A DNA stretch of 64,000 nucleotides from Monocercomonoides exilis PA203 (lineage: Eukaryota > Protista > Preaxostyla): the NCBI GenBank assembly GCA_001643675.2, contig LSRY02000006.1, positions 1,488,001-1,552,000 of the forward strand. The letters run 5' to 3'. The notes below the pieces were generated by a model. The model was not told the DNA's origin and searched no databases. It saw nothing but the letters and a program-made list of their open reading frames with translations. Below are positions 24,127-37,200 of the stretch, one piece after another. A program made the position numbers and the translations under genes. The stretch's first letter is position 1, and the number at the start of each line of letters is the position of its first letter.

Positions 24127-27100
24127 TCAACTTATTTGATTGCTTTCATTTTCAGGAATTTGCTGACTTTGCGTAAATGACTCAGAATCCAGTGCTTTTT
24201 GTGAGTTAGTTTCATCTCTGTAATTAGATTGAGCAACGGACTCTTCTTTGTTCTGGATGTCTCCATCATGTACTTCACCAGCAACGGTATTTCCTTCTCC
24301 CGCATTTTCATTCAGTTCGAAGCTTCTCTCTTTTCCAGCTTCAACCCCAGTTTCATCATCTTTCAATGTTCCGCTTGCTCTTATTTCGTCCCTTTGCTCC
24401 AGCGAACTGTTCTTCATTTCTGGTTCACCTTCGCTAAACTCAGCGTCTCTGTCGTCTGGTTGATTTCCGATTTGTTGGTCTTCCATATTTTCATTCACTT
24501 TCTCAGCCTCATTTACATTTTCTCTGTTTGCATTTGCATTTGCACTTGCATTTGCATTCATCGAGCGTTCCCTTTCAAGTTCTTCGTTTTCGGAGTCCTC
24601 AATCTCAATCCCAAGCTGCTCAGAATCAACAACCCCTGCTCTTTGAGACACACCTCCAGAACTCCTTTCTGCTCCTCTTGGCGACTGTCGATATTTCCTG
24701 TGACAGTCTGTGTCTTCTTTCTCCTTCTCTTCTTCTTCTTCTTTTTCTTTGTCTGCATCAATTTTGCCTTGTTTGTTGCCTTCTTCTGACGCATCTTCTT
24801 CATGGATGCTCTCAAAATTACGCTCTTTCACCCCTGTTTTTTCATTCGACGAGTTATCTTCACTTACAATTTCTCCTTTTTCTTTGTCTCCCTTCTCATC
24901 TTCTTTTCCTTCTGTTGCATGTGCATCTGTGCTTGATCCTTGCATTTTGTCTTGCTCATCCTGATTGATTTGCTTCTGCCTTTCTGCCATTTCTTGCCTT
25001 CGCTTCCTTCTTTCCATTCTTCTTTTCTTGGCTCTTTCTTCCATCTCCTTACGTTCTCTTTCTCTTTTTTCTCTTCTCTCTTCGTTTTCTTTCCTTCTCA
25101 GCATCGTCTGCGTCATCCGCTGCTCTTTCGCATTCTTCATCTTCCGTTCTGTTTCCTCAATCTGTTTTTTCACTTCTGCTTTCCTTTCTTCCTCATTCAC
25201 CCTCATCCGCTCCAGCACATTCTCTTCGTCTTCGTTTTGTTTGATCTCCTTTCTGATTCGTTCGTCGATTCGCGCATAGCACGCCTTCCACACCGCATCT
25301 CTGATTGGCTTCCTCCAATCTGTATATAAAGTGTATATTTCATTGGTTATTATAAATATGTTAAAAAAACAATATTATAAAAAATTGTACAGATAATACA
25401 ATAAAACAAAAAGTGAGATTTCAAACCTTCTTCTTCTTCTTCCTCCTCCTCCTCTTCCCATTGCTCTTCATTTTCCTGAATAGCATCCATCGACTCGCCA
25501 AATGTGCTTTCTTCGTCCTGCCTCTTTTTCGACTGTGCATCTGCCTCAGAACTCTCTCCGGATTCCTCGCGCCTTTCTGCTTTCTGCCTCTTCTTTTCTG
25601 CAGAAGCGCTATTCACTTTTCTTCTTCCTCTCTCTCCTCTCGTTTGTGGGCGAGAACTCGAGGCAGCTTTATTCGTTTGAGGTGTTCGTTGTGCGTGCGT
25701 CTCCTTCTTCTCAAATGCTCTTTCTTCAGCTTCTTCTTCCTCTTCCTCTTCTTGATCATCTGCATGTTGCAATTCTGAATCTTGTTCCTTTGCTTTTCCG
25801 TTCTGTTTATCTTTTTTCCTGTTTTCATTTTGTTTTTCTTTCCGGCTAATCTTTGAGGCTGTTGTCATCGAAAGGAAAGGAGAAAAAAGAGCAGGTGAAA
25901 TGGGATTAGATTTAATGACAGCGCGATGTGACTGAGAGGCTGAAGAAGAGGCTGAAGAAGAAGAAGAGGAGGAGGAGGAGGAATAAGAAGTGGAATAGGA
26001 AGAATGTCTATTCGGAGTCCGCTGAGCCGCTCGTGTTCCTGGACGAGTCGACGCAGCGCTTGCCGGCACACTCTTGGGCTTGCGCTCAGTTGTTTGCTTC
26101 GAGTCGACATCATACGATTCTTCTTCCATTTTCTGTGTGTTTTCTTTGTTCTCATTCTCATTCTCTTTCTCTTTCTGTTTTTGTTCATGATCACTTTCTG
26201 GTTGCGATTCGCTTTGTTTTTCAGCTGCATTCTCATCGAATGAACGTCTGGGTGTGTTTAACACATCTTCATCTTGAGTTTCTTCCGGTTGTTCTTCATT
26301 TCCTTCATCAGGATCCGAAGATGAGGTTGCAGAAGCCGCTGCAGATGAATCTGCTCGTGATGATGTTTTATTCATCCGTTTGGGAGAAAACGAGAATTTG
26401 ATGACTGTTCCCCTTGCCTTCGCTGGAGTCTCTTGTTTCGGAGGAAACGCATCGTTTTCTTTATTTCTGTTCTCGTCTGTATCCAAATCAATGTCAACGA
26501 CTTCGTAATCTTCTTCTTTCTCTTCCGTTTTTTGCTTATTTTCTTCTCTTTCAGATGAGTTTAGTGCTCTTTTTTGATCCTTTCGTGCTGTTTTGCTTGG
26601 ACTCTTTTGCCTCGTCTCAAGTCTTTTGTTTATAATAGTATCTTTCTTTACTGTTCTTGGGTCTTTGACATAAGGCGAAACAGTCAGCGACGGATCAATT
26701 ACTGAAATGATAGAGAGAAGTCCATCAACTGTGTTTGGCACCTCGTAGTGCCTCGAATTGAATGGAGTTGTTTGAGACAGCTGAGCAGTTGAAGGACGAG
26801 TGGAAGATGGAGACGATTGAGTATGTGGATGTGAGTGTGGGTTAGAAGATTTGGGAGAAGCCCGAGACGACGGCCGGTTGGATTGGCCCGTCGAAGGCTT
26901 CGTCGGATGATGGCTGGGTGTTTGTGAACGTGACTGCCGCGTGTTCGGACGGCTGTCTGTTGACTTCTGAGCAACTGCAGCTGATTGTGGTGCTTTGTTT
27001 GTCTCTTTCGCATTCTTTGGCTTTGTGTGTGTTGTGTGAAGTGTTTCGCTAGCGGAATGGTGTTTGACCAAAGCTTTCGAAGTTGACCTGCTCATCGTTT

Positions 27101-28544
27101 TTTCTCCACTTTGTTCGTTTCTTGACTTTGGTTGCTTACTTTGGCGAGATGCTGTTCGAAGAGGAGCTGATGGTTTGTTTGAAGATGATGTCTTCGGCGC
27201 AGTTTGTGGGCTTTCTTTTTTCTCGCTCTCTTTTTCTTCTTCTGGTTTTTCTGAATGAGATGATTTTTCCTCCTTTAATTCCTCGTTTTCGCCATTTGAA
27301 GTTTCTTTTTTGTCTGCTTCACTCACATTTTCATTGCTGCCATTCGCTTCAGGTGATTTTTGCTCATTTTCATCTTCTTCATCAATTTGTGTGGCAGGAT
27401 CAAGCAACACTTCTTCCAACATGCAGCCGATTGTATCCTTTTCTGTCTCTTCCTTAACTGGTGCAAACTTTTCTATGCTTTGCTTTGTTTGTCCCTCTTT
27501 ACGAAGAGAATTTTTCTTTGTGCCTGTAGTTTTTGAACTTTTCAGCCCAACCGCAGAACTCGATCTCTTTGGAGCTGTTGCTTTGCTGTTCTTTTCCAAT
27601 GACTGTCCTTTATTGTGTTGGTTATGTGATGCAGATGAATCTTTGTGTTCTCTTGTTAACTGCTTTTGAGATGATTGTGAAGCTTTCGCTGGTGTTTGCG
27701 CTGCTGGCGCTCGATTTGAATGGTTGTATCTAATTGCCAATGAGCTTGATGAAGCCCGTTGCTTCGAAGAAGCTGGAAAAGAAACTGTTGCTCTTGATGC
27801 AGGGCGAGAAGATGAACGAGATGCCGTTCCTTTTGCGGCTCCATTGGAACTTGAAGTAGCTGTTCTGTCTTGAGAAGACAATGTTGCACTACTTCCTGTC
27901 ATATCTCTGCTTCTGCGCAATTCAAAAGAAGTTGTTGCGCGCGGCCGTTCTTGAGCTTCGGCTGTCGAAGCCGTGCTTCTTGGAGCACGATGGTACAAAT
28001 CTACGTTGTCGTATTTTACTGGATTCTGTTGCCTGTGAATAAAAGCTTTTTCGATGGCTGCAGGCTCCTTCAGTCGCGAATGAGATGGTCTTCCATAAGT
28101 GTAAACGAGTCTTTCATCTTTTTTTGGGCAGGGCTCAAGGTCTTCGACTTAAAAATATTTAACAATTATGCATGAAATATTTTTGAAAAAGAAATAGCAT
28201 ACTCATTTGACTTTTAACCTTATATTTCAAAGCTTTTCCAGGAATTGAAAGTGCAACAGTTTTACTCAAGGAATATGGCGACTAAAATTCAATAATAAAG
28301 AATTAAAATAAAAATTAAATGAAGGTATAAAATCCATTTTTCAATTCAATCTGAAAACCTTAGTTGCGGAAAAGTTGCTTTTTGTTTCAACTTGTTTTGT
28401 TGAAGATTTCTCTGTTCGTTGGTGAGCAGTTTTCGTTTGAGAATGATTTTGCAAAGGAGAATCAGATGCTGCTCTATCTTCGGTTTCTTTAAGTTCTGAA
28501 TCTTGCTCAATTTCATGAGAATGAAGAGTTTCGGTCTTCATCAT
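24127..28544 (-). CDS. Large intrinsically disordered S/E/K/R-rich protein, spliced
   Basis: ORFs 28341-28544, 25350-27998 and 24127-25293 lie on the same strand, separated by AT-rich GT-AG introns; no recognisable domain. Confidence 0.6.
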
Positions 28545-29078
28545 TTTGAAATTGCCAAGAAAAAAATTAAAAAAGCAAATAAAAAATAATTCATTTAAAT
28601 TTTCCCAATAAAATAAAAAGAAAGTACAAAACGAAAAAGCAACACACCGTTGTCATACAACTTAAAATAGTAGCAATTATAAAAAGTTCTTAGTGAACTT
28701 TCTCTCAATACAAATATCAAAAAAACAAAAACATCCAACCATAATAACATTTTTTGAAACACACAATTTTATTTATTTCAATGTTTGATTTTAAAATTAT
28801 TTCTTTTTAAAAAGAATAATATCTTCAATATACGCAAAATTTTTGTGAATCGAATTATCTCATCATATTTCGAAATTTCATTTTTGATTTTGAAATTTAC
28901 ACAAATGATCTGAGTGTCTCAATGTTTTTTAAACTGAAGTGTGATATGCACTTAAAACATAAGCATTGATTATTTTTTTAAAAGCCTGGAAGATATTTCG
29001 AATATTCGATAAAAACAAAAAAAATTCATTTAGGTAGAGAATCTAATGTATGAAGTTTTTATTGCGTGACTATTTCTC

Positions 29079-29825
29079 TTATGGCCTGTATTTTTTAGAT
29101 TTTGATTGAACAGGCCCTTTCTTTTTGCCTCCGCTTCGTGCAGGCGGAATTTTGATTCCTTTTGCCCTTGCTGCGGCAATTGATTTTGCACTTGATGAAG
29201 AAGTAGTTGTCTTTTTAACTGGTTGTTTTGGAATCATGTCCTTCATTTGATCTTTTAGCATTTTTGAAAATTCAGATCCTTCAAATGGGCGTTTTATAGG
29301 TTGTCTCAGAATATGAGCCTTAAATAAATTGCTTTTAAAAAGATTATATGGTCCAAATACGCATTGAAGAATAAGTGACGTAACATTTCCCTTGAAATAA
29401 TACATTGCAAAAGTAAAGCCAAGGGACATTAGCATCGAAAGAATTGATGACTTGAACTGTTCCATGTCATATTCTCTCTTTGACTTAAATCTAATTTTTG
29501 ATTTAGAACCACCTTTTTTCATTCTAAAACAATAATCAAAAAATAAAAATCGCTTCAAATAATGTAAAGATACATTAACAGACTGTTTGGCAAAATTTAA
29601 CATGTTCATTATTCCATCACTTTCATCAATTTGAATGTCTCTATTTTTTGAATCCAACCTACGAATTGATCTGTATATGAAATATTGAACCAGAAGAACA
29701 AATCCTTGTACAAGGCCCAAAACGCCAAAAAGAATATATAAATTGTTTCCACTTTTCCAATCAATTTTTGAAGTGATAAAGGTATTGACAAGAGGATTAA
29801 TGAAAAGGCGAATTACGTTATCCAT
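29079..29825 (-). CDS. PHO88: Pho88/SND3-family ER membrane protein (probably one short in-frame intron at ~29525-29580)
   Basis: N-terminal TM helix, then EYD...MYYFKG..SLILQCVFGP.NLFKSNLFKAHIL..IKRPF. Confidence 0.8.
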   Translation of the reverse strand: MDNVIRLFINPLVNTFITSKIDWKSGNNLYILFGVLGLVQGFVLLVQYFIYRSIRRLDSKNRDIQIDESDGIMNMLNFAKQSVNVSLHYLKRFLFFDYCFRMKKGGSKSKIRFKSKREYDMEQFKSSILSMLMSLGFTFAMYYFKGNVTSLILQCVFGPYNLFKSNLFKAHILRQPIKRPFEGSEFSKMLKDQMKDMIPKQPVKKTTTSSSSAKSIAAARAKGIKIPPARSGGKKKGPVQSKSKKYRP

Positions 29826-30216
29826 AGAAATTGCAAAACTTCTAAATTAAAGGAAATAAAACGCTGTAGAGCGTGTAAGAAGAAATTTATATTGATCTTT
29901 ACCCATCATCTAAGTAATTTCAAAAATCATCAATGAAAAAGAAAAAAGGCTCCAAGTCATAAAGTTTTAACTAAGAAGTGAAGGTAATTAATATAGCAAA
30001 AGTGATGCTTAATGATCAAAAATAAATGCAAAATCAATCAATAAAGACAATAGAATAATAATTGAAATGATGAAAATTAAACTGAAAAAACGGAAAAAAA
30101 AATGATAACATTCATAAAAAAAAATCTAATTAATAAGTTATATTGTCTGCGTGGTGCATTGGATCATTTGGTTGCAATAGGGATTATTCAACACGGGATC
30201 GAAAGTTGAATTTTTT

Positions 30217-33200
30217 TCACTCTGTGCTCAGATTATCAGATGAATCTTGTTTTTCTCCTGTGTCTTCACCATTCTCTTCAATCGCTCCATTTCCACTTTC
30301 TTCCGCTTTTCCTTCACCATCCTGTTCTCCTTGTTCTCCTTGTGCCTCCTCCTCCTCCTCCTCCTCCTCCTCCTCGTTTTCTTTCAATGCATCTTTTGCA
30401 TTCTCTTCACTTGGCCTGCTTTCTTCGCTCTGTTTTGCCGTTTCCTGATTCATCTGCTCTTTTTCTCCTTCCTTCGCATTCTCCCTCTGCATCGCCCTCC
30501 TTTTCCTCCTTTCTCTTTCGATCCTTTGCTGCTTCTTCTCCATCTCCTCCTGCTCTTCTTCTTCTTTCTCCTTCGCCTGCCTTTCTTCCTTCATCCGCTT
30601 CAGCTGCTGCTTGCGAAGCTCTGCTTCTTCTCTTTCTTTCTTCAGCCTTTCTCTTTCTTTCTCTTCTTTCTCTTGTTTCTTCTTCCTCTCTTCTTCTCTC
30701 TTCTTCTCCTCATATTCTTCGATTTCCTTCTTCCTTTTCTGGTTTTCTTTCTCCCTTTCCTGCTGCTCCTGCTTCTCCTTCGCTTTCCGCTCTGCCTCTT
30801 TCTTTTTCCTTTCCTCTGCAAGCTCTTCTTGTCTCTTCTTAAACACCTCCAGTTGTTCCTATCAAACAAAAAATTGCGTTGATAAACGAATACCAATGAA
30901 AAATGAATAAAAAATAAATAAAATATTATATAAAGCTCTTTAATCAAAGCAAAAAAAATGAATGAAAGATAATACCTTCAATTCCTTTCTCTTCTTTTCC
31001 TCTTTCGCCCTCAGCTCTTTCTCCTCTCTCTCCTTCTTCCTCTTCTTTTCTTCCTCTTCCATCTTTTTTATTTTATCTTTCGTCTCTTTCTCTTTCAGCC
31101 GTTCATTCAGAAGCATTCGCGCTTCTTCAATCCGCTTTTCTCTCTCTTTCTGCCTTTCCTTCTCTTCTTCTTCTCTTCTCTTCCTTTCCTCTTCTTGTTT
31201 CTGCTTCAGCTGCTGGATATGCCGCTTGTACGCACTCAGCTGGCTCCCCTAAAAAAAAAAAAACATAATTTTTTTCATTTAAATTGAATCAAAAACAATA
31301 CGCAACATTAAGACATAAATAATCAATGTAAATTTTCGATCAAAAACAATAAAATAAAAAGCATTGTTTGATCAAACATTTTGCTCCTCGCTCTTCTTTT
31401 CTGCCTGTTTCGGTGATTTTTTCGTCTTTTTCACCATCCTTTTAACAATTCTCTTTTCAACAACTCCATCTTCATTCTCTTCTTCCACCTCTTCTTCCAC
31501 TTCCTCGAATTCCTCCGCCTCTTTCTCTTCTTCTCTCTTCTTCCTTTTCACAGCCCCCAAAATACTTCCTTGTATCTTGTTCCCTTCCGTCCCTTTCGCC
31601 TTCGCTTTCTTCGCCTCTTCCTCCATCTGCCTCTCTTCTTCCTCTGTCAGCACAATCTCCAGCCCTTCTCTTTGTCTCTGTTCTCTTTCTTCCCACCTCA
31701 TCCTCTCCCTCTCCTTCTTCTCCTTCACTTCCCGATGCCACTGCTCCCTCAACCTCGCCCTTTCATTCTCTTTCTCCCTCTTCTTTTCTTCCTCTCTCCT
31801 TTGTTCTTCTTCTTCTCTCTTCCTCTTCTCTTCTCGCTCCTTCTGCTTCTCGCTCTCTTTCTTCTGCTCGTTCTCTGTGAATCGCTCAACCAGCTTCTTC
31901 CGCTTCTCTTCCAATGCTCTCTTCATCTTCTCGTCCTCTTCCCTCTTCTTCCTCTCCTCTTCTTCTTTCTTCCTCTCTTTCAGTCGGAACTTCAATCGAG
32001 CTTGCTCAATCTCATACGCCCTCTTCTCTTTGAACGAGCTGAATTTCCTTTTTTCTTTCAGCTTCTTCTCTTCCCGCTCCAAATCGTTTTCTTCTCCGTT
32101 TTCGCCGTCTTCTTCCATCCAAAGCAAAATATCATCATCGTCTTCTTCTTCTGTCTCTTCTTCGTCTGCGCTCGTCATCACCTCTTCTCCTTTCAGCCTT
32201 CTTTCTCTTCGCTTCCGCTTCCTCTCCATTCGGAACAGCTCAATCTCTTTCTTTTCCTTTTCGGCCTCTGCCAGCACATTTTCTATCTCATCCTCAATTT
32301 TCGAGATTTTCGCTTTGATTTCATTCTCCTTTGCAACATATTCCATCTCTTCGCTTTCCGTCTCCTTCTTCAGCACTTCCTCTTCCTCTGCCTCTTCTTC
32401 TTCTCTTCTCTTCTCGTATTCTTCCTCTTCTCCTCGTTCTCCTTCGTTCTCTTCTAACTGCGCTTCAATCTGCTTCAGCAGCATTTCCGTCTCTTCGTCC
32501 ACTTCTTCTTCGCCTTCTTCTTCTTCTGGTTTCTCTCCATTCGCTCCTTCTGACCCGTTTTCTTCCTCCTTCTGCTTCTTTTCTGCCTCTCTCTGCTTCA
32601 GAAGCTCTTCCAACTCATTCAATTTCCTCTGCCTTTCCTCTTCATTTGCTCTTCTCTGTGCTCTTCTTTCCTCTGCCTCTTCTTCCCTTCTCTTCGCTCT
32701 TTCTTCTCTTTCTCTGTCCTTCACCTGTTGAAACCTCAAATGTGCTGCTTCTACCCTCCGCAGGTTCTTCTTCTCCTTCCTCTTCTCCATCTCCTTCTTA
32801 AACCTGATCTTCCTCCTGTCCTTCTGATGCACCTGATAATCGCTGTTCAGCTCCCTCTTTCTTTTGTCGTCTTCTTTTTCCTCTTTCTTCATCTGCAGGA
32901 AACGCACTCGCTCGTAATCGCTCTTTGCCTCCAGTCTGGCTTTCTTCAGCTTCGCCCACAAACTGCTCACAACTTCATCCAATCCCCGCTTCCTCGCCTC
33001 TTCTGCCTCTCTCTCTTTCCTCTCCCTCTCTTCCAGCTCTTCCTCGTCTTCTTCTTCCATCTCTCTTTCTCTTTCAATCTCCTCTTCTCTCTTCTCGTCT
33101 TCGTCCATTTCTTCTCCTTCGAACTCCTTCTTTGTGCTTCCGCTTTCTTCATCGGCCGACAAAAGCCACGTCGAAAACGCTCCTCCGCTGAGCCCCAGCG

Positions 33201-34219
33201 ACGTGAACGGGTTTTCGTCTCTTTCCTCTTTCCTCCTTTCGTGCTGCTTCGCCTTCTGCTCTTCGATCTCTGCCTCCCGCTTCTCTGCCAGTTCTGACTG
33301 ATACTCCATCTCATCAATCCCTTTTTGCTCTCTTTCCAACCTCTCTTTCTCCTCCTTCGCTTGCGCTGCTTTCACTTTGGCCTTCTTTCTCTCCATCTTC
33401 TGCCTCTGTGTCAGCTCATCCTCAATCACACCGTCTTCGTCCTCTTCCACTTCGAAGTAGTTGTCATTGTCCCCTTCAACTCCTGCTCCATTCGCCATCG
33501 ACGTGAATGTACTCTCCACATCCAGCTCAGCACAGCCGTTCCACCGCAGCCCATTTCCTGACACATCCTGCAGCCATCTGATCTTCTGAATCGCCCGCGC
33601 CGAAAACTCGTTCTGCGTCGGGTTCAGTTCTGCTTCTGCTTTCTCCTCCAAACGAGCTTCGGTTTCCTTTTCTCTTTCTCTCTTTCTCTCTTTCTTTTCC
33701 TCTCTGAACAGCTTTTCTCTCTCCTTCCACTCGTATTCGCTTCCTTTCATCAGCTCAAACGCTCTTCTTCTGTCTTTCTCCCTCTTCTTCCTGTTCTCCA
33801 TCCTCTCTTTCCTTCTCAGTCTCCGGGCGTCTCTCTGCTTTGCTCCAAGCAGCACAGGCAGCGGAAGCACCATCTTCTGCTGCATGTCACGCAAGCGCTG
33901 GTACAAAAACGAGATGAGAAGAAGAAAACTTCTTTTAATCTCCTTCTTTCTCTCTTCTTTCTCCCGCTCTTTCGCTTTCTCTCTTTCGCGCTTGTTCCTC
34001 TCCTTCTCGCGATGCTGCTGCGCCTGAATGGATTCCTCATTGTACTTCGTGGTTGAAGCAATTGAAGCTTCATTTGAGGCTTGCTCGCCGTTGATTGCGT
34101 TGAGTTTCCTCTGCTTTTCGATGTCTGAGAAAAACACAAACAGATCATTCACCTGCTCTTTCATCTTCAGCAGCACTTGAAGCACATCAAGTTCTGATGT
34201 TGATGAAGAAGAAGAAGAA

Positions 34220-34256
<37 letters not shown>

Positions 34257-37200
34257 GCATATGCTCATCAACAGACTTCCTCATCATCATCGATGCAGCA
34301 GGTGTTGCTTGTGACGTCTGTGCTGGTTTTGAAGAAGAAACAGCAGCAGCACCAGAAGCCAAATCATTTGCCCCTTTCTTCATCCCACTTTTCTCGTGTG
34401 AGTTGATCAGCGTCACGCCAACCGTGACGATCTGATTGATCAAATGGACATACGACTGCTGCGGAACCCAATCGATGTCGCTTCCGCCACTCCACTCGCT
34501 CAGCGGATTCTCCTTCTCTTTCAGCTTCCGCTCTCTCCTCCTCCTCCGCTGCTTGTCTTCTTCGTCTTCGACTTCTGTTTCACTGATGAAGTCTTCTTCA
34601 TCATCGTCGTCTTCTCCATCTTCTTCTCTATTCCTATTCAGTTTTGCCTCTTTTCTTGCTTGTCTCCTCAGCCTCCTTTCTTCCTCTTCCGCCTCGTCCA
34701 TTCTTCTGTCTTCTTCTTCCTCTGTCTCCTTCTGCTTCTTCAGCAGGCTCTCTACAAACGACGAAGAGGAGACGAAGAAGATGAGAGCGTGCTTCACATG
34801 CTCCTGGAAGATGCGTATCACAGACGGCGAGTTTGCAAAGCGCAGAATGAAGAAGGAGAAGATCGAGCACAATGAATGGAATGTGCTGAGTGAGGTGGCA
34901 TATGGCGGGTTTGTGTCGATCTCATCCTCTTCACTTGGTGTGTTTTCATTGTTATTATTATTATTATTATTGGCTGTTAATTGATCCTTAGCAACTTTTG
35001 GCTTTGAAATTTCATTTTCTTCTTTCTCCTCTTTTGCCTCAATTTGTTCAGGGTCTGATGAATCCAATGGCTCTGGTGGCACTTCGGTTTCATCAACAGG
35101 CTGCTCGTTCTGTTGCAAAGATTCAGCATTTGAGGCATTTTGTAGTTGACCACTTTCGTTGGCTTGTTCTTCTAATGATTCAGAAGGTTTCTCTTCTTTC
35201 TGCTCAGTTGTTTGTTCTTCATCTCCTTCTGCTGTCTGACTGTTCTGATTTTCCATCTCATTCGTTTCTTCCTGCGTGTTTGTATTGTCATCGTCTTTTG
35301 TCTCTTCCTCTTTTTCTTCTGCATCAGAATATTCCTTTCTTTCTAATCTTTGGTCATTTGCTTCATTGCTTGTGTGCTCTGTTTCTTTGCCCTCATCAAT
35401 TTGCAATTCTTCTTCCTTTTCCATTTCTTCCTCTTCTCCTTCTTCTTCTTCTTCTTGTGCCTTCTCTTCATTCAACCTCTGCCTCACTTTCTCTTCATCG
35501 TTCTTAATTTCGTCTTCCTCTTTCTTCAGTCTGCTGTGCAGGTCAAACATCAACAGAAATGAACTTATTTCTCGCAGCAGTCCATTCACATCGTTTGTTA
35601 TCCATTGCTTCTCCTTCTTCCTCTTCCTCTCTTCCTCTTTGCCTTTCTCCTTTTCCTTTGTTTTTCTCTCTTTTTCATTCTTTCCATCTTTTCCTTTGTT
35701 CACGTCCTCTTTCTTCTCCATCTTCTCTCCTTCTCCTTCCTCTTCTTTCCCTTCTTCTTCCTTCCATTCTCCTGCATCAATACACCTTCTGCACCCAAAA
35801 CTGCACCCACACTCCGAAACCTTCATCCACCCAGCCTGCGGATCAGCATCTTCCTCGCTCTCATCCACATCTGACTCCGTCTCTTCGCTTTCTGTTCCCT
35901 CACCATTCTCACTCCATTTGTCATTTCTCCTCTCCCGCTCCATGCGACTCACTCGTCCACTCCACGAATCCTCGTCTCGTGTGACTGCTCGCCCATCAGC
36001 CAGCAGAAGAGCACACAGCATATCCACATCGCCCTTTGAGCATATTCCGGAATGCAATCTGCCCACAATATACTTCAAAAACGGTTTTTCCGGCAGAAGC
36101 GGATTAAACGCCGCCAGAGTTAGCGCAGTGAGCGATGTGAGCTCGTCAGCAGAGCTGCGGATGAGAAGGGGAATTTTTGTTGGGGGCGGAAGAGGGGATT
36201 GCAAAGAAGTCAAAACAGAAGACAAGGAAGAAAGGAAAGAGAAAGAGGTGTTGTAGAAAGAGGACGGGGTGGTGGAGATGAGATGGAGGAAGTAGTCTGA
36301 GTGAATTGTGGAGGTGATTCCGAGGAGATAAGGGCACGAGGGAGAGAAGCCAGACGGCTGGATGCGGCAGAGCTGCAGGAGATTGACAGCATATGTCGAC
36401 AAGGCGCGATGTGGGTGAGATGGCTGAAGTGGCTGTGAAGGAGAAGGAGAAGAAGATGATGATGATGATGCAGATGGTGAGTTGAGAGAATTTGACGCGT
36501 CTGTTTGAGAAAGAGACTGTGATTGTGAAGCTCCCAAAAGCGATGTTCTGTTCCCTCTCTTCGTCTTCTGCTGTTTTGTGCCGAAGAACGTGTTCTTTTT
36601 AATCTGCTCTTCGCTCAAATGTCTGAGGAAAGCGAGTGGGGACGTGGTGTCCTGCTTCGACAGCACAAAAAGCAAGAGCCGCAGAAGCAGCACAATTGGC
36701 AGCTGCAGAAGCTCATCGTCGTCTCTTTCGTCGGCCCGGCGGAGCAGCCTCTTCTCGTTCTGCTCGACTCGCTCTCTCTCTTTCTCTGCCACACGCTTCT
36801 TTATCAGCTCCATCTTCCGCTCCTCGTCAAAGCAGTTGTCAACTTTCAGCTGCTGCTTTTGTGTTTCTAATTTTTCGTTTTTCTTTCTTTCTGCTTCTTC
36901 TCTTCTTTCTGCATTCCTCTTCGCTTTCCTCCTTCGCTTCATCTCCGCCCGCACGAGACACAGCTGATTCATCAGCCAGCAGCACTTCATCGACAGCTGG
37001 TGGACAAGCAAAGCACACCAAAAGGAGACCAGCCTGAGGGCGAGGGCGGTGGTGGAGTCAGAGAGGAGGATGGAGGAAGAGCAGTGGACTGTGGCGATGG
37101 TGGTGATGGTGGTGAGCTTGGTGAGTTGGCGGGCGGTTGCCTTGGAGGATGAAGTGAGGGCGAATGAAGTGGTTGATGATGAAGAAGGTGAAGAGGAGGA